Shown here: positions 12,955 to 26,280 of the stretch, piece after piece
Numbering within the stretch: position 1 is the stretch's first letter
How the letters are laid out: every line of letters starts with the position of its first letter
Translations under genes and position numbers: made by a program
Notes under the pieces: generated by a model
What the model was told of the DNA's origin: nothing
The model's input: the letters and a program-made list of their open reading frames with translations, nothing else
The model's database searches: none
Assembly: GCF_009914755.1 (NCBI RefSeq)
Contig: NC_060931.1
Length of the DNA: 64,000 nucleotides
Direction: 5' to 3' (one strand)
Source of the DNA: the human T2T-CHM13v2.0 reference genome, Homo sapiens

Positions 12955-13030
12955 AGAATAAATGTAGTGACTATAAGAAACCAGGCTAGGTTAGAATACA
13001 TGTAGTGACTATAAGAATCAAGGTTAGGTT
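12955..13030. repeat. 38-bp tandem duplication, 2 copies, 34/38 identical
   Basis: AGAATAAATGTAGTGACTATAAGAAACCAGGCTAGGTT then AGAATACATGTAGTGACTATAAGAATCAAGGTTAGGTT. Confidence 0.95.
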
Positions 13031-15213
13031 CTGCTTGTACACAGAATGGAGCCAAGGATCTAAGACAATTGGGGAACATCTATGCCATAGTTTACGTCCT
13101 TTTTTCTGCCTCTGTACTAGTGACATCAAGGACAGATCATATGAGTAATATCCCCTCTTGCTTGCTGTGATCCTTGACCAGTCTACCTCATCAGTACCTT
13201 TAGTCACCATGGTTTTTTTACCCTCATTTAAAATTTCATTTGAAACAAGTCATTATAATTGGCTTCTTTAAAATAAAAAACCAAGGAGTGTTAAATTTAT
13301 TTGTAGACTGTGCATGTGAAACATTAGAATTCTTTATAGATTTCTAGTTTTTGCATGATTTTTAACCCTTGGCATCAATCAGTAGATGGATTTTTTATTT
13401 TAAGTGAAAGCCATAGTATTAATAACTAAATGTCTCTTCCATGTTTTACTAAAAAAGTAATTCCTTTCTACCCTTTCTTCCCACTTTCATCTCCACTTGG
13501 TAATAGAAAGAACATAGCAGATTTATTAGTTTCACTCATCTCATAAAGATAATGTCATCAAACATGTTATGAACATAGTTCAGGACAAGAGACAACTATA
13601 TGTATTGATTCCTTTCTTTGTTCCGTGCTTTACATATTTAGACTATAGGCTACAATCTTGGAGAATCCCAGACTCGACACTTTTTTTGTTGCTGTGGCAC
13701 ATTAGTGCCCAGAAATTTAGTATTGATTACTGTAGTTTCTCTTGCCTCATCTGAATGTGAAAGGAATGGCAAAGTGGCTTCATTCATAATGTTGGCCAGT
13801 TAGCTCTTTTTGCTTACTGAGGTTGTACATTGGTTTTGGAGAATACGGAATAATCAGGCTCAGAGTTACTTTCACATTGTACTGCTAAGATACTGTTGAA
13901 TTAAAGTCACAGTGTTCATGGAAAATAATGTGTCAGAAATTACTAAGAAGAATGTCTGAAATGTGCACAGGTTGTGAAGTGCTGGAGAGAAAAAAATGGG
14001 TCAGTGCATTGATTCTCTTGGGGTAAGGGTGAGGACCACATTCTTTAAGGGGTGATAACAGGAGCTCTAGTTAAAACGTTTCTAAATATACACGACCCAC
14101 CTCCTGAGGTTCTGCTGTAGCTGTCACCCCTAGGGTTTGTTGTTTTCCTTTATTCTGCATGCATCACTCTGTGTACTCACTACTAGTAGTTACTTTTAGG
14201 GTTATTGTGAATATTGTTAGATATAAGATGAATTGGTGCATATCCTCTGACGCTGGGAGACCATTGTAATTGATTGGTCAGGTATTTTATAGCAAACTTC
14301 TATGTAGAATATAGGATTAGATAAAGCCTTTGTATACGGTAAGCTTTCAGAATTTAAATTAAAAATGAAAAAGTCAATGGAGATTTATGGGAATATATTG
14401 TAAGGATGACAGATAATTTCAGTGGTGAGAAAAAGGTCATCTTTGACTATGTTTCAAAGTCATAAAGTGGTTCAATATGATATTCCTGGTGTAAGTGAAT
14501 TCAAGGAGTGTTGTACAGCAGAGGAAATAGGGGAGACATCCTCTGAATAACTGTTATTTCAAGAGGCTGGGTGTGTAGGCAGAATTAAAGAAGGTAGAAG
14601 TGGAGAGATGGTTTCAAGAAAATAACAAGGTGGTTTCAATTTGAGAGACATTAGATGAATCATGTAATGAGGATTTTGGGTGGTTATGGACTTGTAGCAC
14701 CACCAGCAGCATATGAGCTGATGTATGGTTAGTAGGACTGAAAAAATGTCAAGGAAGAGGAGGAAAGGAGACTCATGGTATGGAACAGATTAAGGACTTA
14801 TTTACAGATGCAGTGAAGGAAGACGTTTGAAATGCTCCAATTCTTCAAGTTGGTATTCATGATTAAAATAATTAAGAAGTCAGTTTTGAGAACTAACAGT
14901 AAAGGAATTGACCACCTGACTGGTGTTTTGATGTGAAGCAGATTTAAAGGGATAAAATCTGTATGATGGGAGATCAGGAAGGCAGCAGTGGTGCATTCAT
15001 ACACAGCCAACACTCAAGTATTTATTTGAGTATTGTTCTGGGGAGCCATGGAGGATATGGTTTTTGTGTTTTAAGGGGATCATAGTCTGATTGGCACAGG
15101 GATAACATCAAAGGCCAACCCAAATAGAAGACAGCAAATGTTGGTGTGTCAAATGAATGTTAGTGCTGTTTGAAGTGTGAATCCCAGATCCCAGGCCCCA
15201 ATCCAAACCGACT

Positions 15214-16120
15214 CTTATTATTTTCCTATGGCTGCCTACAAATTACCACAAACTTAATGATTTAAAATAGCACACACTTATTATCTCACAGTTTCTGTGG
15301 GACAGGAGTCTGGGACGCTGAAATGGTTCCTCTGCTTCAGGGTCTCTCACCATGCTGCAGTCAAGGTGTTAGCCAGCTCTGGGTTCACCTGAGAGGCTCA
15401 ACTGAGGAAGAGTCTGCTTCTTCTTTTTTTTTTTTTTTTTATTATACTTTAAGTTTTAGGGTACATGTGCACATTGTGCAGGTTAGTTACATATGTATAC
15501 ATGTGCCATGCTGGTGCGCTGCACCCACTAACTCGTCATCTAGCATTAGGTATATCTCCTAATGCTATCCCTCCCCCCTCCCCCCACCCCACCACAGTCC
15601 CCAGAGTGTGATATTCCCCTTCCTGTGTCCATGTGATCTCATTGTTCAATTCCCACCTATGAGTGAGAATATGTGGTGTTTGGTTTTTTGTTCTTGCGAT
15701 AGTTTACTGAGAATGATGATTTCCAATTTCATCCATGTCCCTACAAAGGACATGAACTCATCATTTTTTATGGCTGCATAGTATTCCATGGTATATATGT
15801 GCCACATTTTCTTAATCCAGTCTATCATTGTTGGACAGAGTCTGCTTCTAAGCTCCAGTTGTTGGCCAAGTTCTTTTTCTTGCTGCTCCAGGATTCATGA
15901 CAACTTGCTTCTTCAAAGCCAGCAGTGGGGTTGGTGGGAGGGGTTCTGCTAGCTTCAGAGTCTTGTATAGTGTCATGTGACAGCCTATCATCTTTTTCAT
16001 ATTCTGTTGGTTAAAAGCAAGTCACAGTTCCCTCCCACGCCGAAGGGGAGGGAAACACACAAAAGCGTGGACAGTAGGAGGTGAGGATCATGGGGCCAAT
16101 GTAAAGTCTTGTCTGTGACA
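15214..16120 (-). mobile_element. MLT1 (MaLR) LTR, interrupted by L1PA2 and apparently inserted in a MER5-like element
   Basis: CAAATTACCACAAACTTAATGATTTAAAATAGCACACACTTATTATCTCACAG...; MER5-like pieces at about 15162-15213 and 16121-16185. Confidence 0.85.
15422..15836 (-). mobile_element. 5'-truncated L1PA2-type insertion
   Basis: Near-consensus young L1 3' end with poly-T; 13-bp TSD AGAGTCTGCTTCT (15409-15421 and 15837-15849); ACTAACTCGTCATC is the GAG state, not the L1HS-Ta ACA state. Confidence 0.93.
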
Positions 16121-16479
16121 CCTGCTGGATCAGAATCTACATTTCAGTGACATTCCTTAGACGATTACATTTTAAGAAACTGTTACAGATGGTAGGTGCC
16201 AAAGAAGGTTGATTTAGAGGGAGAAGAAAGTTCTTTGGGCTTGACCTGGCCAGGTGAATTGTTTTATGGTCAGCAAAATAATTTGTTGTGTAAAAGCTTA
16301 TTCACATCAGGGAATTTTTGGTATTCTTTCTCCCTGCCACTTCTGCTTGAGTATAGTGTTTTTCACTTTTGTAGTGCTGTTGTACTCTCTGAGAGAGTTT
16401 GTAATTTCCTAACTTGGGCTTAAGAAAAAAAAAATTGTTCCTTTCCCTTTTACTATTCCATTTTGATGATAGGGGTTGG

Positions 16480-16660
16480 TGTAAACTAATGGACATGCTC
16501 TGCCCTAATAGCAGAACAGTCTTGGGAAAGACATTGAACTATCCTTTGCATCAATTCTTTTATATGTTAAGTTCTGTCATTCTTCTCTTACAGGGCTGTT
16601 GTGTGTGAATTGAATGAGTTGAAGTAAAAGTTCTTGGTAAAGTGTAAAGCATTATATAAT
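16480..16660 (+). mobile_element. MIR fragment
   Basis: CTTGGGAAAGACATTGAAC...TTACAGGGCTGTTGTG...GTAAAGTGTAAAGCATTATATAATGTT. Confidence 0.65.
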
Positions 16661-16664
16661 GTTG

Positions 16665-17195
16665 TGGTGGACTTGTTTTGTTGTAATGCCTTATTCACAG
16701 AGCTGCCCCCTTCCTACCAATAGTAGTGTGTATCCAGAAGTCATGATTGTTCCTTGATTGTGTCTAACCACAGTCCTTCAGAGAAGGCATGTTTGGCTGA
16801 TCCAAACTGGGTCACACAGATTCTCCATCTTGGGAATTTGGATTTGGGACCAAATGATGACAGTTTAGTCCTTGCTGACCTAACGTAAAGAGATTAGAAT
16901 CCAAGGAAATTGTGGTACAGCTGACTTCTACTGTACGAGTAGCAGAGAATGTTCCTTGCAGAGGACAGAGGGAACTCAGATCTGAAGAGAGAAGGAAAGT
17001 TATGGAGAAAGAGGGCCCACTGCTGGGGGCCTGTCTGCTTTTGATTTCCTGCTTGCTTTTCTGGGTCCTTGCAGCATTTTTGCCTTTAAGTTGTATAACA
17101 CATAATTCTAAATCTGTATATTAGTAATAATTTTCCCTCTTTTGTTCAAGCTATTTTGAGTTGTTTTCTGTTACTTTCAACTAGAGAGCTGAAAT
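16665..17195 (+). mobile_element. LTR33-like (ERVL) LTR
   Basis: GATCCAAACTGGGTCACACAGATTCTCCATCTTGGGAATTTGG and a 3' end CAAGCTATTTTGAGTTGTTTTCTGTTACTTTCAAC. Confidence 0.65.
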
Positions 17196-18742
17196 GGGAG
17201 CCAATAAGTGTGTACTTAAAAATTTTTAAAAATCTCCTAACTACTCATTCATTTTTCCCCCAATGCCTACATAATTTGTTTTTAAAGGCCAATTATATTG
17301 CTTCATTCATTGAATAGTCATTGAGCATTTTTTCAGGATACTTTAGAAATACCAAAATGAAGAATATGATCCTTGCCCTGAAGCAATTTTTTAATTTACT
17401 AAGAGAAATGGACATTTAAATGACTACCTATAATACTAGGCAGAAGAAAGAAATAAGAACTATGTGCAATTCATTTGAGGTAATTTTTATGTTATGCCCA
17501 GTAACCTGATTGAAGGTGATTAAAAATTTCATTTTTTTGCAAAGAACTGAGCCCTTTTGTCCCTGATTGATGATAAGGTCCTGACATGCTTTTGGGCCCA
17601 TCATTTTTGCTTACGCCTCTGAACATTGCAAGTAGGCTGGGCAGTCTGGCCATATATACCTTTCTTCATTAAGTAGGCAGAGGACAATACAATGAGATAG
17701 GCAAAACTGAAAACAAAACAGAAGTTTAAATCGGAGATTTTTAAAAAACTCGCTTAGTGAAGTTATTTGATTTCTTGATTAGGTCATCCTTTAGCTCTGG
17801 GTGATTTCCATGTTTAAGCTTGGTTTTAGAGGTTTTGTCTTCCTTATAGCTTGTATCATGTATAAAAAGGGTACTTATATACCTTATATTATACAATAAA
17901 GAGGGTATTGATATTGCTTGCATTGCATAATAAAAAGGGTGCCTAACATAAGAGTTCTGTGTTTCCTATAGTTTGCATTACATAATAAAATCAGTGCTTA
18001 AATTAGATGGGAGCCAGTGAAATTATAGTCAAACTGCATGAAGCTGATTTTAGAACCACATTTTCTTAAAATGGAGGTTATGTAGGTTACATGTTTTACT
18101 GGCTCATGGAGCTCTTCAAAATGACCCAGTTCAGAATGACATTCAACTTAGAGCTGATTGAAATGGGCATTGGTGGAAAATCCCTTGGGGATTTGTGGAG
18201 CAATTAAAAATAACCTAGGAATCTAATTCTTTTTAATAATAGAAAAAAAATCTGTAGTTAGAATTTTAGAGAAGTATGTGAAAGTTTTATCTTACTACAG
18301 AAATTATGGGAAATGCTTACTTTTTAAAAGGAGAAAGGGAAACAATCTCATGTTGAAAATTGTCATTAGGTAAAGTAATAGAATTAATGGAGCAATCCAA
18401 AATGAGCTAAATAAGTTTCTTTGTGAGAATTCTTCTAGAGATTAATTCTAGAATTCTTCTAGAGACTTCATAATATATGGTAAAACTAATATTGCTGCTT
18501 AGATATTCTGTGTCGTCTTTTGTCCTCACTTTAGGTAAGCAATATGTACGCCATAGCACTCTCTATCTTACTTTACATCACTTTGCTCATTTGGTGATTG
18601 TGTAGGTGTGAGTATGTGCATGTGTGTAGACTTTTGTCAGTTTCCTTCCTGCTAAATTTTAAGCTCATTGAAAGTAAGAACCATGTGATTAGCTTATTAT
18701 TATTATGTACCCTGTACCTAGTGCTGTTCTTGGACATAATAG

Positions 18743-19700
18743 TGAGAGGTGACAACGTGCTAGCAGCCCTCGGTCGCTCTCTGTGCCTCCTCAGCCTTGG
18801 CATCCGCTCTGGGCCCTCTTTGGGGCTGGCAGAGGCTGAAGCCGGCTTCCTCTGCTCGTGGGGAGGTGTGGAGGGAGAGGCGCGGGTAGGGGCCAGCGCT
18901 GCGCGCAGGCCTTGTGGCCGGCACGGGATCTGGGTGGGCACGAGCTCGGAGGGCCCGCACTTGGCACAGCCAGCTGGCGCCTGCTGGACTTGATAGGGGG
19001 ACGAGCTCCCTCTGGGCTGCGGAGTGCCTGGGCTAGGTGCCGCAAAGTCCTGTGGCGAGTGCTAGCGAGAGGTGAAGCCGGCTGGGCTTCTGGGACAGGT
19101 GGGGACTTGGAGAACTTTTCTGTCTAGCTACAGGATTGTAAATGCACCAATCAGCACTCTGTCAAAATGGACCAGTCAGCTGTCTGTAAAATGGACCAAT
19201 CAGCTCTCTGTAAAATGGACCAATCAGTAGGATGTGGGTGGGGCCAGATTAGGGAATAAAAGCAGGCCACCCGAGCCAACAGCAACCTGGTGGGGTCACC
19301 TTCCACGCTCTGGTAGCTTTCTCTTTGTAATAAATTTTGCTGCTGCTCACTCTTTGGGTGCCTGCCGCCTTTATGAGCTGTAACACTCTTATGAGCTGTA
19401 ACACTCACTGTGAAGTTGTGCACCTTCACTCCTGAGGCCAGCGAGACCACGAACCCACCAGAAGGAATGAACAACTCCAGACGCGCCACCTTTAAGAGCT
19501 GTAACACTCACCGCGAAGGTCTGCAGCCTCACTCTGAAGTCAGCGAGACCACGAACCCACCAAGAAACTCCGGACACATCTGAACATCTGAAGCAACAAA
19601 CTCCGGACACACCATCTTTAAGAACTGTAACACTCACCGTGAGGGTCCGTGGCTTCATTCTTGAAGTCAACAAGACCAAGAACCCACCAATTCCAACACA
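18743..19700 (+). mobile_element. LTR12 (ERV9) solo LTR, LTR12D-like, inserted in an L2 3' end
   Basis: TGAGAGGTGACAACGTGCTAGCAGCC...CCAACACA; TSD ATAG (18739-18742 and 19701-19704); CCAATCAG repeats and GAGCTGTAACACTC repeats. Confidence 0.95.
19141..19265 (+). promoter_or_regulatory. LTR12 promoter core: CCAAT boxes, GC box, TATA-like AATAAAA
   Basis: CCAAT at 19147, 19196 and 19220 (CCAGT variant at 19172); GGGTGGGG at 19236-19243; AATAAA at 19255; LTR polyA signal AATAAA downstream at 19329. Activity is not shown by sequence. Confidence 0.6.
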
Positions 19701-20344
19701 ATAGGTGTTTAGTAACTACTCAATGAATAAATGAATATTTCTCATAACCTTGTACCCTACAAGCGTTACTCATAAAAAGATATGCCGGGAATATTTAGAG
19801 GTAACATTATTTTTATTGTCAGAATATTGTATATTCGATGTGAGGTTTAGCACTATGAATAGAGTCAGTAAATAATCCATAAAAATGTGATCAGCTTGAC
19901 TCTTGTTTCTTATATTCTCTCAGAGAGAAGCTAAACTTAAGAGAGAGGGAGATCAATAGATGAGACATTTAAAATGTTTAGCCTGTGACTTGGTAAATGA
20001 CTACCAAAATTCTCTGGAGGCAAAGCCTGTATAAACTAGGTTGGCTAGCACACAGAAAATGTTAGGGGAGTTCCCAAAGCTTCAGACTAAGTTAGTGATG
20101 GCAACCAGTTCAGTGAGGAAACAACAGTATTTTCCTAGGGCCAGAGCTCAGGATGGGGAGACACTGCCATGGTACCCTATGAGGGAAGGCATGGACTCCA
20201 TGAACTGCAGTTACGGTGGGCAGGGACAGGAACTTCAAAGACAGTGAGCTGAGCAGCCATGGAAGCTTCAGGGGATAGGGAGATGTTGGTAGGGAGTTGC
20301 TTTTTCAAGGGAGGACAGAATTTAGAAGTCGGTAGTCTGGGGAA

Positions 20345-21250
<906 letters not shown>

Positions 21251-23627
21251 GGAAGGAGATGATCAGCACCCACTTCCCGTAGATGTTTTCTGTTTCTGGT
21301 AATGATGTTTTTGGTGTTAGGGAATTCAGCCTTGGCTATTCTATGTTCATTTTAAGGTTGGTAACATCATGCCCCAGTTAGGGGTTATGTGTCTGTAATT
21401 GCCACAGGAGCAGCCCTGTGTGTTATGCCTGCAGCTGGCTCTGAATCTGTTAAGGAAAGAGCAAGTAAATATTTTCTTACAAATATAAAAGGAAGAGTTA
21501 AACACTTATTGTTTGGAAACCAAGCTGATGAGCATATTATATTGTCTGAGGCCCCAGAAATAAGCAAATTAATTACATGCAAATAACTTGCTCATGAAGT
21601 GTGGGATAATAATAGTATCTGTTTGGATGTTTATGGCAAATTTATTTACATGGCTCAATTTTCTGCTAATTTTCCTGTGGAAAATAATAAATATTGGTTC
21701 CTTTTGCCTTTCTTTTAGAAATACATCATTGAAATTATGAAAACTGTTACCATGTCTTGCTATCTTTGCTTTGCCAAGGGCAATTTTAAAGACAGTATTT
21801 GTAAATACATGGTGAAGAAAGAACTATTAATGTATGTAGGTTCTTTCTGCTGTAAACAGATGGTTGTCATCACCAACATCATTAAATAATACAGAGGTTA
21901 TTATTGAATATTAACATTCAGTAGTTCAGTTGACTTCCTGTTGATCTTTTTCATGAACATCTTTTGATGTCAGCTTCTTGCTGAGCTTCAGACATTTCCT
22001 CTCTTAAGGTATAACAGGGAATTGAGCAGTTTATATTGACAGTGTGATCCATGGTCTCTGTCTTTTTCATTAATGAGTAATTGGATTCACATTGAAAAGA
22101 TGGCTCTAAGCTCTGCCTAGTGCTCCATACACTCTAAAGGAACCTTAGCATCCAATGTGACTCTCCTGATGCTCCCATATGTGTGGTTTTTTTTTGTTTT
22201 TGAGGTATATCAAAGGTGATTCGATGAGTTGTTTTATTTTTTTCAAGATAATCATTTTTTTGCAGTTCATTAACTTGGATTGTATGTCAGGCGCCTCATA
22301 AGCTAGGGGATGAGTGTGGGATTGAGTCTTTAGTTGGGATGAGGAGTATTTGTTTTTGTATCCAACTTTATAGGCTGTGCTGCTCGACTCCCAGCCTTTC
22401 TCAGTAGGGTGATCCACAGCTCTACTAGGTTACTATTTTATTTGTTTGCTGTCTGTATGCTAAGGCTCAGGCATTGACATCACCTCTATACGTTTTCATC
22501 AACAACTCTGACATTTTGACATGACAACCTTGAAACTATTATCTTATGGAATGCCAGACACATGATCTGTTGTTCATAAAGCAGTAAGTAGAATGGAAAT
22601 GGATTTTTCTTTTAATTTTTGGTAGAGCAGGAATTTTAACCTCCAGTCAGAAAGGAAAACAGAGCAGTTTGTATCTTGGATTAGCTTTTATCAGCTACTC
22701 TGCACCCTCATTTTTGCCATCTACAAGTGCGTTGGGGTGCAGGGAGATGTGGGGTTGGCACAGGAAGGTTGAGCCACCCAACTCTGTACTCTGTAAATTA
22801 ATATCTTGCTTTTGCATGAACTCTCTTTGCCGGTTTTCTCCATCAATTGCCGTGGTAGAGATGAGGCTGGTGGCCAAATATTTTCTTCTTGTATTTCCAG
22901 TGGGTAAGGGGGTGGTACCACACACACTTTGGGTATTCCATTGTTCTTCCTTTCAGTTTGAGGTTCCCATGTAGAAAAATTACACTGTGTTTTGATAATC
23001 TGATTAACAGAAGGGAAAAAATCAATTGGTAGATTTTGAAGAGAGAATCAATTTCCTTATTACAGAAAAAGATGAGAGACATAACTACCTTGTGTTTGCA
23101 AATTATTTGCTTCAGTCTGTGATGCTTTCAAGAGTTTGAGAAATAGGGTATTTAACTTCTCAACTTATGCCTGATAGGATCACGGTAAAAGTGCTCCAGC
23201 CTAATGGAAGCTTAAAAATGCAGCTCTTAGAATTGCTGGATCACACTTGACAGTGATTTGTATGTCTACGGCTTATTAAACCTCAGCATAGAGAATGTCC
23301 TGATTTAAAATTTTTCAATTTTATTCACTTGGTCTGATGTGAGGAGCAGCCATCCTTCCTGTTGTCTTGTGTAGTCGAATGTAAATTTCTCAGCCACAGT
23401 TAAATTTCTGGTCAAGGCCAACCACACTGAGCGTTAAGGAGTTCTTTCTCCCTTGGACTTCTCAATCAGAGAATTGCTAACATTTCACCTTTGACTTTGT
23501 TCTCTATTGACATCTAAATGCCATTTGTTATTCCAGTAGCCATAAGCATTTGCCATCAAGCAGAGCACATGCCTTAGAGTGATCAGGAAGAAGCAATGTC
23601 AGAACAAATGGTAATCACTCTGTGCTA

Positions 23628-23675
23628 ATATTCTATTCTGTTCTATTCTGTTCTGTTCTGCTCTATTCTATTCTT
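23628..23675. repeat. (TTCTA/TTCTG)n pentanucleotide repeat
   Basis: Direct read. Confidence 0.85.
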
Positions 23676-24544
23676 ATTTTATTATAATCCTTGGAGCATA
23701 TCCAGCTTTGGCTAGTTATGCACAGACTCAATGCTTAGAAATTTGCTGTTGTAGAATTTGTAAATCAGGAAACGGATTCAATAATTGTGGCTTGAAGACT
23801 TGTTTAGTATAATATTCGGGTTCCTTCAGTTATATTCTACATCAGTGTGTTTTCTGGTATGCCACTTGCTTTCTTTTATGCCACAAACATCTGTTGCTGC
23901 TTATTGTAGATGTTAGATTTTGAGCCAGGGTATACCAGGACTTACTAAAGTTAATTTTGGTAAAATTGCCTGCAGTAAGTATCATCATTTTTCTTAAATT
24001 TTTTTCTTTTGTGTTTTGTTTTTCCCTTTTTCTCTGATCAGAAGTTACCTTATGAATGTTATACATATGTGTAGATTAGAAAATTCTTATAATGAGTCAG
24101 AAGTTGACTATAGGAGGATTGTGGAAATATTGATGCCTTGGAAAGGCTGAAGTTGCAGGGAAAGTATTAAGCAAGAGAGGCGTGGTTTGAGAATAGGGAT
24201 TGAGGTGATTGACAGCACGGGTTGGAAGAACAATGATGAAGGAGAAGTAGTGAGGATATTGATTTAGTAAGTGAAAGGGCACTGAAAGAACGAAGTCTTA
24301 GAATATTAGAGAAAGAATTGATGGAAACATGACTTTTAATTTTTTTTTGAATCAATCTTGATGTTTATTTTGGATCTAAAATAAGGAACCAAGTATAAGA
24401 CTGCTTTGAAATCATAATCTGAACATTATTTTAAACATTTCACTAGCAAATCATCTGCTTTCTGTTTCACTATGCCGTTTTCTAACTTTGCTAAGAAATT
24501 GATTCTGTTACGTATTAGGACCTAAATTTTTTCCATAATTTTTA

Positions 24545-25855
24545 ATTTTTTAAAATTAAAAGCATTGCGATATAATTCACATATAAGTCACCATTTTAAA
24601 GAATATAACTCAATAGGTTTTAGTATGTCCACAGGGTTTTGCAACTATCACCACTGTCTAATTCCAGAACATGTTCGTCACTCCAGGAAGAAAACTGGCC
24701 TTTAGCAATCACTCACCATTAGCAGTCACTCCCATTCCTGCTTCTCTTCAGCCTTTGGCAGTCACCAGTCTACTTTCTGTCTCTGTAGATTTGTCTATTC
24801 TGGACATTTCATGTAAATAGAATCATACAGTATGTGGCCTTTCTGACTAGCTTCTTTCATTTAGCATAATGTTTTCAAGGTTCATCCATGTTATAGCATG
24901 GCAGTACCTAATTTCTTTTTATTGCTTAATCATGAGACAGGAGAATTCCCTTGACCCCCTCATGGGACTTGTGATGGGGGTGTGGCCCACTTACTGGGCT
25001 GCTGCTGAGCTCACACCTCTTGTGGAATGGGGAACACACAGGCAAACGGGTGCCAGGGCTGGGACAAACGCTTTTGGGCTCCAGCCCCATGGCAGTGTCT
25101 AGGGGTGTGTTAAAATTAATGCTCTTTTAGCAGTTGCCATCTCTGGACAGCCTCTTACACCCTGCCCTCTTGGTACCTGAGTTTTTGTCTAGCATCCAGG
25201 AAGAATCAGGTCACATGGACTTGAAGGATGTGGAGATTTTATTGAGTGATGGAAGTGGCTGTCAGCGGGATGGGGAGCTGGAAAAGAGATGGAGTGGAAA
25301 GAGGATCTTCCCTCATCTCCAACCGTCCCCAGCTGAACTCCTTTCGACATTCAGTTGCTTCTTCTCTTTTCTCCTTCTCTGCTGCAATGCTCTGTTCCTC
25401 TGCCAATGGAGTTTGGGGTTTTTGTGGGTACAAGATGTGGGGCATGGCGGGCCAGGGTGGTTTTGGAAAAAGCAACATTTGAGCGGGAAAACGGGATAAC
25501 TCTTCTCATTTAGGGCTGTGGTTTCCAGGCTTGCGGGTGGGGCCTTTGCTGGGGAACTGCCCTCTTCTATCTAATATTTCCCTGCTTCTGGTCCATATCA
25601 ATAATATTCCATTATATGGACATTTTGTTTATCCATTCATCAGTTGGTGGACATCTGGGTTGATTCCATATTTTGGTTCTTATTAATAATGCTGCTATAA
25701 AAATTTGTATGCAAGTCTTTCTGTGAATATTTGTTTACAATTTTACTATACCTAGGAATGGAATTGTTGGATCATATAGTAACTTTGTGTTTAACTTTTT
25801 GAGGAACTGCCAAACTGTTTTCCAAATTAGCTGTACCATTTTATATTCCACCACG
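24545..25855 (-). mobile_element. L1MB-type 3' fragment, interrupted by MER50
   Basis: GATATAATTCACATATAAG...TATACCTAGGAATGGAATTGTTGG...GAGGAACTGCCAAACTGTTTTCC. Confidence 0.85.
24933..25600 (-). mobile_element. MER50-family solo LTR (ERV1)
   Basis: Reverse complement starts TGATATGGACCAGAAGCAGGGAAATA; TG...CA termini; TSD ATCA/ATAA with 1 mismatch. Confidence 0.85.
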
Positions 25856-25979
25856 CATATTGGGCATATTATTTGAAATGTAACTGATTTACTAAGAAAA
25901 AATAGTTTTACCCTTTCTATCTTGCCTTTTGGACATCATCTATACTGGAATGAGTTACTGTCTGATACTTTGAAAGGCC

Positions 25980-26280
25980 ATAAAATTGTAGAGCTTGAGA
26001 GGTTCTAATGAATCCATCTTTCTACTGGAATGGAAAATCCCTGAAGTTTAGGCACCTTGTCCATTTTGTTCACTTCTGTATCCACTCCACCTGTGTCAGC
26101 ACTGTAAATACTAGGTGCTTAGCAAATTTTACTGAATAATGAATCTAATCCAACCCGTTTGTTTCGTAATGAGAAAAGTGATGCCCAGAGATGTCAGGTA
26201 ACTTTCTAAAGGTCACTAAGGGATTTAATGGTAGAACAAGGACTAGAATTCTGGTCCTGATTTCCTTGCCAAATTCTTGC
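25980..26280 (-). mobile_element. MIR fragment containing a sense L2 3' end (about 26020-26145)
   Basis: GAGAAAAGTGATGCCCAGAGATG...AAGGTCAC MIR core; TAGGTGCTTAGCAAATTTTACTGAATAATGAAT L2 tail. Confidence 0.55.

Noticed and set aside
12955-13030. 38-bp repeat of CRISPR-like length
   Set aside because: Only two abutting copies, no spacer, no cas genes, primate DNA
18573-19679. Cluster of overlapping ORFs
   Set aside because: They overlap the GC-rich LTR12; no gag, pol or env sequence is present
21385-21586. Antiparallel pair of 65-aa ORFs
   Set aside because: No recognisable protein or flanking splice sites; within chance expectation
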